Part shown: piece by piece, positions 9,040 through 18,264 of the stretch | Numbering within the stretch: the first letter of the stretch is position 1 | Layout: the number at the start of each line of letters is the position of its first letter | Source: Sedimentisphaerales bacterium | GTDB lineage: Bacteria; Planctomycetota; Phycisphaerae; Sedimentisphaerales; SM23-30 | Assembly (NCBI GenBank): GCA_963666285.1 | Contig: OY762711.1 | DNA: 64,000 nucleotides | Reading direction: 5' to 3' (one strand) | Made by a program: the position numbers and the translations under genes | The notes under the pieces: generated by a model | Databases searched by the model: none | What the model was told of the DNA's origin: nothing | The model's input: only the letters and a program-made list of their open reading frames with translations

Positions 9040-9555
9040 TTATCCCTGCTCCTTAGCAATAATTTCATCAACCAGAGCCACAGCTTTGTCTTCGGTCAAT
9101 AAACCATGCACCTTATCATTTATCGTAATAACAGGTGCCAGCCCACAGGCCCCAAGACAGGATACTGTTTCGACAGTAAACATCATGTCGTCAGTAGTTG
9201 TCTTTTCGTCAGAAAGCTCGAGCCTTTTTCGTATAGCTACCAGTAAGTTTTCAGTGCCTTTGACATGACAGGCAGTACCATCACACAGGCGGATAACATA
9301 CTTACCCTTGGGCTCGAGAGCGAAATGACCATAGAAGCTGGCGACGCCATATACCTTGGCCGGCGGCAGGTCGAGCGAGGTTGCAACGTATGCCAAGACT
9401 TCCTGAGGCAGATAGCCGTACTCTTTCTGCACTTCCTGCAGGATAGGTATCAGCTTGGAAGGTTTATTACCATTTGCCTTGATAATTTCACATACCTTAT
9501 CATACTTTCTGATTTTTTCTTTTTCATTTGCACAATTACATTTGCACTGTTCCAT
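9040..9555 (-). CDS. hydC: [2Fe-2S] subunit (NuoE-like) of the bifurcating hydrogenase
   Basis: CDGTACHVKG and CLGACGLAP motifs. Confidence 0.93.
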   Translation of the reverse strand: MEQCKCNCANEKEKIRKYDKVCEIIKANGNKPSKLIPILQEVQKEYGYLPQEVLAYVATSLDLPPAKVYGVASFYGHFALEPKGKYVIRLCDGTACHVKGTENLLVAIRKRLELSDEKTTTDDMMFTVETVSCLGACGLAPVITINDKVHGLLTEDKAVALVDEIIAKEQG

Positions 9556-9624
9556 TTCTACGGTCTCCTACCAGAAGTAATCTGGACTTTCCCCAGCCAA
9601 TCAAGCGGCCGGATGACTTATCAA

Positions 9625-9643
9625 TTGTAAACTTCATGCACAA
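9625..9643. promoter_or_regulatory. Weak Rex-like palindrome upstream of hydC
   Basis: TTGTAAA-CTTCA-TGCACAA resembles TTGTGAA-N4-TTCACAA but has a 5-nt spacer. Confidence 0.3.
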
Positions 9644-9718
9644 ACCATAAAGGTTTGCCGATACTATAATTGAGGCTACTCTATAGGTACCCTTAAATAT
9701 TTACATGTAAAAATTTTG

Positions 9719-10915
9719 CTATATTAGTTTATAACTGGCTAATTTGAGGTACTTATCCTTTAAGACATTAACCAGCTGCTTTATCAGGTTACGCCGGATA
9801 TCAAGCTCAACCGGCAAGTTCGGGTTCTGGTGAGCATTGTTAATCCTGGTGCCAACAATGAACTCGATAATATCACTTTCCAACAGGTACTTTGCCAGGC
9901 AATCGGCAGCATCTTCCTTACGCTTCTCGGTAAACTTATCATCCTCAAGCAGTTTTAACACTTTGTTAAGTGTGATAGTGCCTTCGGTAACAAGGTCGAC
10001 GCCTGAAATGCGGCTGGCAGGCGGTACATCATCGCTCATAAGGCTGAGGTCAACCTCTATCTGTCTGCCCAGTTCCCGGGCAACTATGTTGGCGGTTGTA
10101 CCGCCACAGATAATCTTTCTACCTTTATACTTATCAAGCATTTGTGCCATATGTCCGTCAACTTCCTGCTGATATGGCGGGCCGGTCATTACAATGGTCT
10201 TTCGCGGCCTACGGAAGTTAATAACGGCACAGGTTGTATCGTCATGCGGATGGTCGGTATCGCATTTGACCGCCCTATCCACCACCATACGTGACAGCTG
10301 TCGGGCAGAAATATCAGTATTTTCAGCACAAGCTTTTTCTACCAGTTCTCTGAGCCCGGTATCGCCCCAGCCAAGCGGGGTATCAGATCTGCCCATGCCG
10401 GCCTGAGTTACGCCGTCGCTAACCAGTACAAGCCTTTCTCGTTCCTGGGCCTTGAAGCTGCTAAAGTATAATTTTCTAGAAAGCTCTGCCTTACTGTCGA
10501 AGACAATCTCAGTCTTTTGCAGTTCGACACAACGGTTACCGTTAACCAGGACAAAAGGCGGATTGTCATATTCGATCATATTGACAACACCGTCGGTCCG
10601 GATATCGGCAATAGTAAAGGTTGAATAGCCTATTTTTCTAACGCTGCAAACCGGTAAAGTAGAGGTAATAATCTCCGCAGCTTTTTTTATATCCACGTTG
10701 CTGCTGACAAACTTCATCGCCATGGTAGCTGTGAGGGTAGCCAGTACACCGGCTTTTACGCCGCTGCCAAGCCCGTCGGCCAGAACGCAAACAATATGAC
10801 CATCTTCGCCACGGTGAGAAACGAAAATATCTCCGGGCGTACGATAGCCATATTTACATTGCTGATAATGGCCAACCTCGATAAAAGGTTTCTTATTGTC
10901 AACTAACCATTCCAT
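9719..10915 (-). CDS. SpoIIE/PP2C-family Ser/Thr phosphatase (HfsC-like)
   Basis: VLADGLGSG, VSDGVTQAG, DDTT and CGGTTA motifs; adjacent to the sensory hydrogenase. Confidence 0.88.
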   Translation of the reverse strand: MEWLVDNKKPFIEVGHYQQCKYGYRTPGDIFVSHRGEDGHIVCVLADGLGSGVKAGVLATLTATMAMKFVSSNVDIKKAAEIITSTLPVCSVRKIGYSTFTIADIRTDGVVNMIEYDNPPFVLVNGNRCVELQKTEIVFDSKAELSRKLYFSSFKAQERERLVLVSDGVTQAGMGRSDTPLGWGDTGLRELVEKACAENTDISARQLSRMVVDRAVKCDTDHPHDDTTCAVINFRRPRKTIVMTGPPYQQEVDGHMAQMLDKYKGRKIICGGTTANIVARELGRQIEVDLSLMSDDVPPASRISGVDLVTEGTITLNKVLKLLEDDKFTEKRKEDAADCLAKYLLESDIIEFIVGTRINNAHQNPNLPVELDIRRNLIKQLVNVLKDKYLKLASYKLI

Positions 10916-10941
10916 AAGGCCTTGCCTTAAAATAACCTACT

Positions 10942-11122
10942 GTGCGGTATCGCACTCTTGACTGTTCAACATTACACGCAAAGTCCGGAACAGGGCCTTG
11001 TGAATGAAAAACTTTTCATTTATTGTATTTTCGAGCTAACTCTCGAAAGTATTTTTAATTCCAAGCGTTGCAGGAAGGCCCTTTCAGGCGATTTTTGCAA
11101 CTTAAAAACTGTGAAAGTAAAC
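10942..11122 (-). repeat. Dispersed structured repeat, family A copy 2 (full length), filling most of the hydS-phosphatase gap
   Basis: ~180 bp, highly similar to 17735-17916; abuts the hydS stop codon. Confidence 0.9.
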
Positions 11123-12820
11123 TTACTTAAACATATTTTTAATAGAGTCCAGAATAACCTCAGAATCAGCGGCATTTTCGCCTAGCAGAAATGCGATCTT
11201 CTGTACTGTTTCAAGGTTTTTATCAATAACTTCCTGAGCCTTTGCCAGGATCTGCTCTTTCTGGACCACAGGTTCAGTGACATCTTTAACAATGGCACCA
11301 ACCAGCATTTTCGGTTCAACGGTGAAAATTGTAATGTCAAGCACCTTGCCATTATGCCTGATATTCTTTTGCAGCTTTTCCAGTTCCCGTTCGAAAACAA
11401 TCTTGAACGGTTCATAGAACGGAACAATTTTTTCGAGTCTTGCACCGGCAAGTCCGGGACAGTTCTGAAAAATAATTTCAACATCTTCGCCGAGCAGCTC
11501 GGCAAATTTCCGGTTACTATCGACCACACATAAATCGTGGTCAACAATAACAACTCCGCTGGGCATAGTACTTATCAGCGCATCAACTTTCTTGTCTGCC
11601 AGTTTTCGCATGTAGCCAACACACATAGTTTTTTCAGCTTTACCAGCCAACAGAGCACGGGCAAAGGCACGACAAGAATCGTAACCGCAACCGCCGCAAT
11701 TGAGTTCATCCTGTATGGTTGTCTTGCCAACCCTGGCAAGTGCTTTCCTGATATCGTCTTCAGAAAATCGCAATTCCCTGACAACAGGAGCAGTATAAAG
11801 ACAGCTTATATCCATTCCAGGTTTACGAGGGATCTCAGCGGTATCTGTAGTAGCACTGTCAAGTACCTTATGACGTTTGATGACAGTATGTTCACAATTG
11901 GCAGAACCGGGTCCGTTAACACAACCGCCCTCACAGGCAAGCAGTTCGACCAGAACAGATCTGTCAAATTGTTTTCCAGCCAAACCGGCCAAAGCGTGCA
12001 TAACAGCTTTCAGCCCGGAAAAGGCCATGAAGTCGGTATTACTTACAGAACAGTCGGCTTTGATACCAGCGATCATACCGCCGTCAACGGGATACAGAGC
12101 GCCCTCGGCGGCATCGCGAGGGACGAACTTATCATCCTCGCCAGGTTCGATCTTAGCGGGGTCAATACCTTCAACCTGCCACCATTGTCTTAACGACTCA
12201 AAAGTGAGAGCGACATTGAGTAAATCCTTATTTTCGTCAGATTCGTTTTTCTTGGCAATACAAGGGCCAATAAAAACGATACCAATATCATTACCATATT
12301 CCTGCCTTAACATTTTGCTATGCGCCAGCAGCGGAGAATATACATTGGTAATATTATCTTTAAGCTCCGGATAGTACTTCTGGACCAGATCGGTAATAAC
12401 CGGACAGGCCGAAGAGAGATACAAACCGGGCTTTTTATTGATCATTTCTGCAACAGAGGCAGAAACTTCCTGGGCACCAAGAGCAGTAAGAGAAACCCCG
12501 GCAAAGCCCATAGCTTTCAGGGCAGCAATAATCTGGCCGTTGCTGTATTCCGGGAATTCGGCAATATAACTGGGCGCCAGAGAAACAAAAGTACGTTTTT
12601 TGAGTTTTAGCAGAAGCCTGACACGTTCCAGGTCATTGCGTACCTTTTTGGCCTTAACCGGGCAGATTCTGACGCAGTGTCCACACTGGATACATGCTTC
12701 CGGAATAATCCTGGCATGCCCATCCTGTATGCAGATAGCTTTAACCTTACACTCACGCAGGCATTTGTAGCAATCCTGACATTCAGCAATCTCGGTATAT
12801 ACAGGTTGTAATAAATCCAC
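11123..12820 (-). CDS. hydS: Sensory [FeFe]-hydrogenase with PAS domain (group C, HydS/HfsB-like)
   Basis: 2x4Fe-4S N-terminus; altered H-cluster motifs SSACP, GPCIAKKNE and ELLACEGGC; FeS motif CGGCGYDSC; C-terminal PAS domain; GTG start. Confidence 0.9.
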   Translation of the reverse strand: MDLLQPVYTEIAECQDCYKCLRECKVKAICIQDGHARIIPEACIQCGHCVRICPVKAKKVRNDLERVRLLLKLKKRTFVSLAPSYIAEFPEYSNGQIIAALKAMGFAGVSLTALGAQEVSASVAEMINKKPGLYLSSACPVITDLVQKYYPELKDNITNVYSPLLAHSKMLRQEYGNDIGIVFIGPCIAKKNESDENKDLLNVALTFESLRQWWQVEGIDPAKIEPGEDDKFVPRDAAEGALYPVDGGMIAGIKADCSVSNTDFMAFSGLKAVMHALAGLAGKQFDRSVLVELLACEGGCVNGPGSANCEHTVIKRHKVLDSATTDTAEIPRKPGMDISCLYTAPVVRELRFSEDDIRKALARVGKTTIQDELNCGGCGYDSCRAFARALLAGKAEKTMCVGYMRKLADKKVDALISTMPSGVVIVDHDLCVVDSNRKFAELLGEDVEIIFQNCPGLAGARLEKIVPFYEPFKIVFERELEKLQKNIRHNGKVLDITIFTVEPKMLVGAIVKDVTEPVVQKEQILAKAQEVIDKNLETVQKIAFLLGENAADSEVILDSIKNMFK

Positions 12821-13166
12821 CTGAGCACCTCTGGTGTAAAACCCTGCCAGTTTACAGGCAAGGCGACACTATCGTCTGTTAACGTTTCATCAGCCTGATA
12901 TAATGACCAGGCAAAACAGTCAGCGCGCGGAATCTCCGCACAACTTCTATTCTATACTTAACACAAAAAATAATTACGACAGGTCCATATCTACTTACTC
13001 TATCTAATTACTTATCGGAGCCTATCTAATTTCTACTATCTCTATCCACTTATCAATAATTGTATGTTATATGGCTATAAAATTTTTAATTACAACCATT
13101 TAATAAAAAAATCAATAACTGAGGCATAAGTGACATCCCCAATGTCGCGCCCCATATTCAAGCTAT

Positions 13167-13445
13167 TTAACCACTTGCCTTATCGTCTTTATTAACATAG
13201 TACTTTACCAGGTCAATAAGAACACCAGGAGTAATACCTTTATGTCTTTCATTGTTTATAATAACATTTGGCCCATCCTGACAGTTACCTTCGCAGAGAC
13301 TTCCAGAAATATCAACAATATCATCAAGGTTATTGTTTTTAACATATTCCTGTAATACTTTGAGGGCCTCTTTACTACCCCTTGAAAAACAGGAGCTGCC
13401 AAGGCAAATACAAACTTTAATTTTACCTGGGTGTTTATTGTTCAA
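13167..13445 (-). CDS. Thioredoxin-like [2Fe-2S] ferredoxin (HfsA-like)
   Basis: CLGSSCFSRG...CEGNCQDGP; TTG start overlapping the rex stop. Confidence 0.85.
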   Translation of the reverse strand: MNNKHPGKIKVCICLGSSCFSRGSKEALKVLQEYVKNNNLDDIVDISGSLCEGNCQDGPNVIINNERHKGITPGVLIDLVKYYVNKDDKASG

Positions 13446-14100
13446 GTTCTATCGCTCTCTGTTTTAACAGCTTCGATGTTTTCCTGGACAAAACCGCCAG
13501 CGACGCAGCCAGGTCAACTCTTTCAACAATTACATTGTCCGGTAAATTCAGGTTAACCGGCGTAAAATTCCAAATACCAACAATACCACTTTCAACCATA
13601 CACTCGGCAACTTTCTGGGCCGCCTTTTGAGGTACAGCAAGCACCCCGATATGTATATTCATTCGCCTGGTAAGTTCTCCAAGTTTATCAATATGAAAAA
13701 CTTCAACTCCATTTATCTGTGACCCGATCCAAAGCGGATCGATATCAAAACCAGCGATAATTTTCAGTCCGTAGCTCTCAAAACCACGGTAGCCCATAAG
13801 TGCCCTGCCAAGATGGCCAACACCGATAATGAAAGCTTCATTATCATTGTCCCAGTTAAGGAAACTTTCGATAGCGGCAATAAGTTCAATAAGTTTATAG
13901 CCAACTCTCGGCTGCCCTTTAATGCCAAGGACCTCAATATCCTTTCTAACCTGGATGGCCTCCAGCCCCAGCTCAGCGGCAATGACCGTAGAGCTGATAG
14001 TTTCATCTCGCTTGTTGTGATACTTCTTAACTACCTGCAGATATTGAGGCAATCTCCTTATCGTAGGCATTGACACCTTTATCACAGTTTTGTCTTTCAT
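13435..14100 (-). CDS. rex: Redox-sensing transcriptional repressor Rex
   Basis: TIRRLPQY, QVRKD, GQPRVGY, Rossmann GVGHLG, IWNFTP. Start placed at ATG 14100. Confidence 0.93.
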   Translation of the reverse strand: MKDKTVIKVSMPTIRRLPQYLQVVKKYHNKRDETISSTVIAAELGLEAIQVRKDIEVLGIKGQPRVGYKLIELIAAIESFLNWDNDNEAFIIGVGHLGRALMGYRGFESYGLKIIAGFDIDPLWIGSQINGVEVFHIDKLGELTRRMNIHIGVLAVPQKAAQKVAECMVESGIVGIWNFTPVNLNLPDNVIVERVDLAASLAVLSRKTSKLLKQRAIELEQ

Positions 14101-14175
14101 AGCATTCACCTTTTTAACGGTTAAGGTTAAAGAAGTATGATGCAAATACGCCAGCACCACCTCAATCGATACCCT

Positions 14176-14204
14176 ATTATCGATAATATTTTATCTATTG
14201 TCAA
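14176..14204 (-). promoter_or_regulatory. Sigma70-type promoter for rex-hfsA
   Basis: - strand TTGACA-N17-GATAAT. Confidence 0.6.
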
Positions 14205-14352
14205 GTTTTATTAGGTATTTTTTTATCGATTGAACTGGAGTTCTTATTACCACGAGCCGCAAATTCAATATATCAACTTGCATTATATGGACTTACAGAC
14301 ATTTCTACAAAAATACAATTTTGCCCTAATAGTGAAAATATTAATTACACCC

Positions 14353-14370
14353 TTGTGAAATATAAGACAA
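14353..14370. promoter_or_regulatory. Putative Rex operator
   Basis: TTGTGAA-ATAT-AAGACAA versus consensus TTGTGAA-N4-TTCACAA; a weaker copy lies at 14330-14347. Confidence 0.5.
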
Positions 14371-14437
14371 TTAGAGTGTGAAATAGAAGAAAAACGGCCA
14401 GTTAGGACAAACAAAAGACAGCACGAGGTACATATTA

Positions 14438-15754
14438 TCATTTCAACCTGGCTTTGAGAGTAATATAACAGCCGATCATGCCGGCAGCAAAAATCACCAG
14501 CCAGCCAATACTATAATTATAACACTCAACATTATTCGAAGTACTACAGCCAAAAGCTTTCACAATAATCGCTACAGCATTGCCCATAACAAATGTTGTA
14601 ATGCCGGAAATAAACAGAAGCCCGGCGTTGACCGTCCCCCTTTTCCTGGAAGGCACAAACTCGAAAATAAGAGGCCATAAAGTAATAAAGCCAATATGTT
14701 CTGACGCTGCGTTAACAACCTGGAAGCAGACAATTTCCAAAATTTTTGGCGTCGGATTGATAAAATTTACATATATCCAAAAAGCCAGCGGATGCAAAGT
14801 AGATATTATTATACAGATGAGAAAAAGCCGCCATCGATTTATACGATTGACAAGAACGGCCGCAAAAGGCAAAGTAATGGCAAGAGTAGTAATCATTGTA
14901 AGTGAATGAATATTACCCAAGGCCTGCTTTGACAGATGAAACTGCTCAGTTACCATAAGCGGCCAGATACAGCCGAGCTTCACCCGCATAAGAGATGATG
15001 CCAATATCAGCAAGTATAGATTTTTATATTCTTTTTTGGCAAACAAAGACGAGAAAATGTTTTTGAATTTTAATTTATTGAGTTTCTTTTTAAATTTAGG
15101 CTCTTCCTTGATAAACATTAGCAGGAAAACAGTGCCAATTGCGAAAAAAGCAGCCAAATAGTAGATAAGCTGTTCGCCGGTCAGCCCGGAGATGAATGAC
15201 TTACCGGTCATAAACGCATCTTTACCACCACCTTTGCCTTTCATGCCTTTGTCGAACTGGCCGATAAGGAAATACATAAAGAACAACCTAGCCAAAATCG
15301 AGGTATAGCGATTGATTATCATACCATATTGCCTTTTTTTGTCCGGGACAATATCGGCGTACAAAGGCTGCCATAAACTGCTGAACCCAACATCTACACT
15401 CAACTGATAGAAAATGATTACTACAATAGTAAGTGCCAGAGTATTGGTATTGGGCAGAATAAACAGGCATATCGCCAGCAGACAGAGTCCGGGCAGCATG
15501 AAAGGCTTTCGCCGACATCCAATACTATCACTAAGATAAGAAACAACAGGGGCAAGTAAAATGCCAAATAAAACATTTATACTTGTGACCAGTGCAATAG
15601 TGAGCGGATCATGAGTAAATTTTTTCAGAGTAAAAACAAGTGCAGTACCGCTGCACTTTTCGATAAACGCGTACATTCCGGGAGGGTAGGCCATAATGAC
15701 CACCCAGCTCCACGGAATGTTATCGCGATTTGGTAAGAGCTTAGCCATAATCAA
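14438..15754 (-). CDS. MFS transporter
   Basis: About 12 TM segments; motif A-like YLSDSIGCRRKPF. Confidence 0.85.
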   Translation of the reverse strand: MIMAKLLPNRDNIPWSWVVIMAYPPGMYAFIEKCSGTALVFTLKKFTHDPLTIALVTSINVLFGILLAPVVSYLSDSIGCRRKPFMLPGLCLLAICLFILPNTNTLALTIVVIIFYQLSVDVGFSSLWQPLYADIVPDKKRQYGMIINRYTSILARLFFMYFLIGQFDKGMKGKGGGKDAFMTGKSFISGLTGEQLIYYLAAFFAIGTVFLLMFIKEEPKFKKKLNKLKFKNIFSSLFAKKEYKNLYLLILASSLMRVKLGCIWPLMVTEQFHLSKQALGNIHSLTMITTLAITLPFAAVLVNRINRWRLFLICIIISTLHPLAFWIYVNFINPTPKILEIVCFQVVNAASEHIGFITLWPLIFEFVPSRKRGTVNAGLLFISGITTFVMGNAVAIIVKAFGCSTSNNVECYNYSIGWLVIFAAGMIGCYITLKARLK

Positions 15755-15859
15755 AAACTTTATAAGATAGAAAATAGAAGTCAGATCGACGCAATATAGC
15801 TATATGTGAGGAGAATTACACAGTGATATATATTACGCTTAAGGCAAAGGAGATTCATA

Positions 15860-16693
15860 TTAACTCACACGAACCCTGTTTTTCCTGATCATGACAAGCC
15901 CGGAAAAAGTTAACAAACACATAACAGACGGTTCAGGTACAACAACATCCAATATTGCTCCCTGGTCACGATATTTATTTTTTGACGGGTCTGCATTATG
16001 CTGAACATATGAAGTAAAATTGAAACACACCTCATCATCTTCCGGCAACAGAAGCAGAGACAGTTCCTGACCGGAATAAAGAACATCAATCAGATCCTGG
16101 TTGGTTAGAGATAATGAAAAAGAATAGAGTTCTGGGCTACCGTATGGATTAGCAGCATCATAATAAAAAGTATCAAGCAGCGTCGGTTCATTATCAGCTA
16201 ATATATCCTGCAAGCTGTTATAAGTAACACCAACCGTTGAAGTCGCGTCAGAGGAAGGTGTGCCGGAACCGATCTCCCAGTCACTGGTCATAAGGTAGAC
16301 ACCAAAATCACCACTATGCCCAAGATAATTAAAAATATCAAAGGCGCTTCTGTTACCATTAGATATATTCAAAGTTAGAGTCAGCTCACTAACATTCATG
16401 CCGGCAATAGCTGAAGTATCAAACTTCAAAATAGAGTCGAATTCACCTTTGGGTTCATCGTCGATTCCCTCAGAGACACTGTATGCACTGGCAGAAGCAG
16501 CAGAAACACATCTAGAGCCGGAACCACCGTAGTTATGGTCAGCGGCATTGGAAAAAGAGTTTCCACTACCCGGATTGAGAACGAAAGTCTCAGCAACCGG
16601 TCTTAATTCAATAGAGGTACAACGAGCAACCTCAGCTACTGATAATAACAAAGAAACAGCAGCTATACTTGTAATAAAAATATTCTTTCTCAT
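15860..16693 (-). CDS. PEP-CTERM sorting domain protein
   Basis: Signal peptide; C-terminal VPEP + TM helix + RK tail. Confidence 0.85.
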   Translation of the reverse strand: MRKNIFITSIAAVSLLLSVAEVARCTSIELRPVAETFVLNPGSGNSFSNAADHNYGGSGSRCVSAASASAYSVSEGIDDEPKGEFDSILKFDTSAIAGMNVSELTLTLNISNGNRSAFDIFNYLGHSGDFGVYLMTSDWEIGSGTPSSDATSTVGVTYNSLQDILADNEPTLLDTFYYDAANPYGSPELYSFSLSLTNQDLIDVLYSGQELSLLLLPEDDEVCFNFTSYVQHNADPSKNKYRDQGAILDVVVPEPSVMCLLTFSGLVMIRKNRVRVS

Positions 16694-16711
16694 GATTCCA
16701 CCTGCCTTTCA

Positions 16712-16782
16712 GTGCGATATCGCACTTTTGACTGTTCAACATTCCCCACAAAGGCCGGGACATGGCCTCGTGAATGAAAACC
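16712..16782 (-). repeat. Dispersed structured repeat, family A copy 3 (partial)
   Basis: GTGCGATATCGCACTTTTGACTGTTCAAC...AAAGGCC...GGCCTCGTGAATGAAAA. Confidence 0.85.
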
Positions 16783-16788
16783 TACATC

Positions 16789-17715
16789 TTAATTATATTT
16801 TGGTCGGACAACACGACTGCCGCCTTTTATGCTGTATATCATCTTTCCCCACTGGAAAGTTTTAACGGTATCAAAAATAGTATTTTCCTCAACATGGCAA
16901 TCAGCATAGGCAAAACAAGACAGCTCTTTATCAGCGCCATGATTTCTGCCGACCCAATCGAGCCTGCTGGGCTTTATCCTATTTGGAGTTGGAACTTCTG
17001 AAAGAGCAGCAGTTGTAACCTGTCGGAATAATCCGTTTTTGAGGCAAACCTTTTCACTATCCTGCCGGACAAGATTGAGATCGTAACGGTTGTTACTGCC
17101 GGTACTGATTCCACAGAAGCCATGAACGGGCAAGTAACTACGGCAATTACCGTCCTTATCGAGAAATCTCCAGTCCGGATTCCACTCGGTAAGGGTAATT
17201 GTCATAGAAGTTGACTTTACTCTACCGGCAGCGACATACCTGGAAGGACTGGCGGTTCCGTTAAGTCCATAAGTAAAATTATCTTCAGGGAAGATAGCCT
17301 GATTGACAGTATAGCTGCATCTTTCGGCCTGAAGATCAATAATATCCTGAGATTTGGCGATCTGGCCTTCTTCAAGATTATTATAATCGGTATTCATTGG
17401 CGGCAACCCGCCGGATGGTATGGACGGACAATGAAAAACATTATCATTAAAGCCCGTTTTTGCCAGTATGCCAGAAAAATGTGTAATCTGACCAGTGCCA
17501 GAATTATTCAGATATGCCGGAGGATAATAGCTATGTTCCGCAGTATAAGCAGAAACACTCTGCATAATGCCATAAAGATTAGTTTTACACACAAGCCTCC
17601 TGGAAGCTTCCCTGATATTTGCCAGCACAGGCATCAGGATAGACAGCAACAGTGCTATAATAGATATGACTACCAGAAGTTCAATTAGTGTAAATGCCTT
17701 GTCTCTACTTTTCAT
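16789..17715 (-). CDS. Prepilin-type N-terminal cleavage/methylation domain protein (planctomycete DUF1559-like)
   Basis: KAFTLIELLVVISIIALL; C-terminal NH...FAYADCHV, a variant of the H-X9-DG motif. Confidence 0.85.
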   Translation of the reverse strand: MKSRDKAFTLIELLVVISIIALLLSILMPVLANIREASRRLVCKTNLYGIMQSVSAYTAEHSYYPPAYLNNSGTGQITHFSGILAKTGFNDNVFHCPSIPSGGLPPMNTDYNNLEEGQIAKSQDIIDLQAERCSYTVNQAIFPEDNFTYGLNGTASPSRYVAAGRVKSTSMTITLTEWNPDWRFLDKDGNCRSYLPVHGFCGISTGSNNRYDLNLVRQDSEKVCLKNGLFRQVTTAALSEVPTPNRIKPSRLDWVGRNHGADKELSCFAYADCHVEENTIFDTVKTFQWGKMIYSIKGGSRVVRPKYN

Positions 17716-17734
17716 TTTATATCTCTCTCATTTA

Positions 17735-17916
17735 GTGCGGTTTCGCACTTTTGACTGTCCAACACTACACGCAAAGGCCAGAACAGGGCCTTGTGAATGA
17801 AAAACTTTATATTTAAATGTATTTCCGAGCTATTTCTCGAAAGTATATTTAATTCAAAACGCTGTAGGAAGGCCCTTTTAGGCGATTTTTGCATCTTAAA
17901 AACTGCGAAAGTAAAC
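17735..17916 (-). repeat. Dispersed structured repeat, family A copy 4 (full length)
   Basis: Highly similar to 10942-11122; ends ~19 nt before the prepilin ATG. Confidence 0.9.
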
Positions 17917-17950
17917 GGTTATAATTTACGTTTCAGTATGATTACTAAAA

Positions 17951-17966
17951 ACAAGAAAGATGCCAA
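17951..17966 (-). promoter_or_regulatory. Candidate sigma54 promoter (non-consensus -12)
   Basis: - strand TTGGCATCTTTCTTGT = GG-N10-GT instead of GG-N10-GC; lies between the sigma54 activator and the prepilin gene. Confidence 0.3.
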
Positions 17967-18264
17967 AAATACCAAGAAAAGAAATATTTAGATATTCGGC
18001 GGGAGGCGAAAAGCCGTCATTCAACATAAATACTTTATTAGCAGCAACTTAAAGAGATAGACACTAAGATAACAATTAATAATAAAAATATAAATGACGA
18101 ATTGGCGAAAAACGAGCAGAAGACGCTACAGGAAGTTTATTTCTTATAAGCTCAATGCAATAGATGAGACACCGCCAACAAAAACCACTTAAAGCTTTTA
18201 TTGACAACACATTACACTAGACAGAAATTTATGTAATATAATTTGACCAACTTTATCATTATGC

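Noticed and set aside
7059..9555. Respiratory complex I nuoEF
   Set aside because: Adjacent to hydA with extra ferredoxin domains and no other nuo genes; these are HydB and HydC.
10958..11185. Small ORFs over family A repeats (also 4236-4454, 4540-4773, 17712-17894, 17797-17991)
   Set aside because: Their similar translations come from the DNA repeat; reading frames are not kept between copies.
13021..13040. TAATTTCTACTAT resembling a Cas12a repeat, and a 16-nt exact match to 27625-27640
   Set aside because: Lacks the GTAGAT stem half and any array; one 16-mer match in AT-rich 64 kb is near chance expectation.
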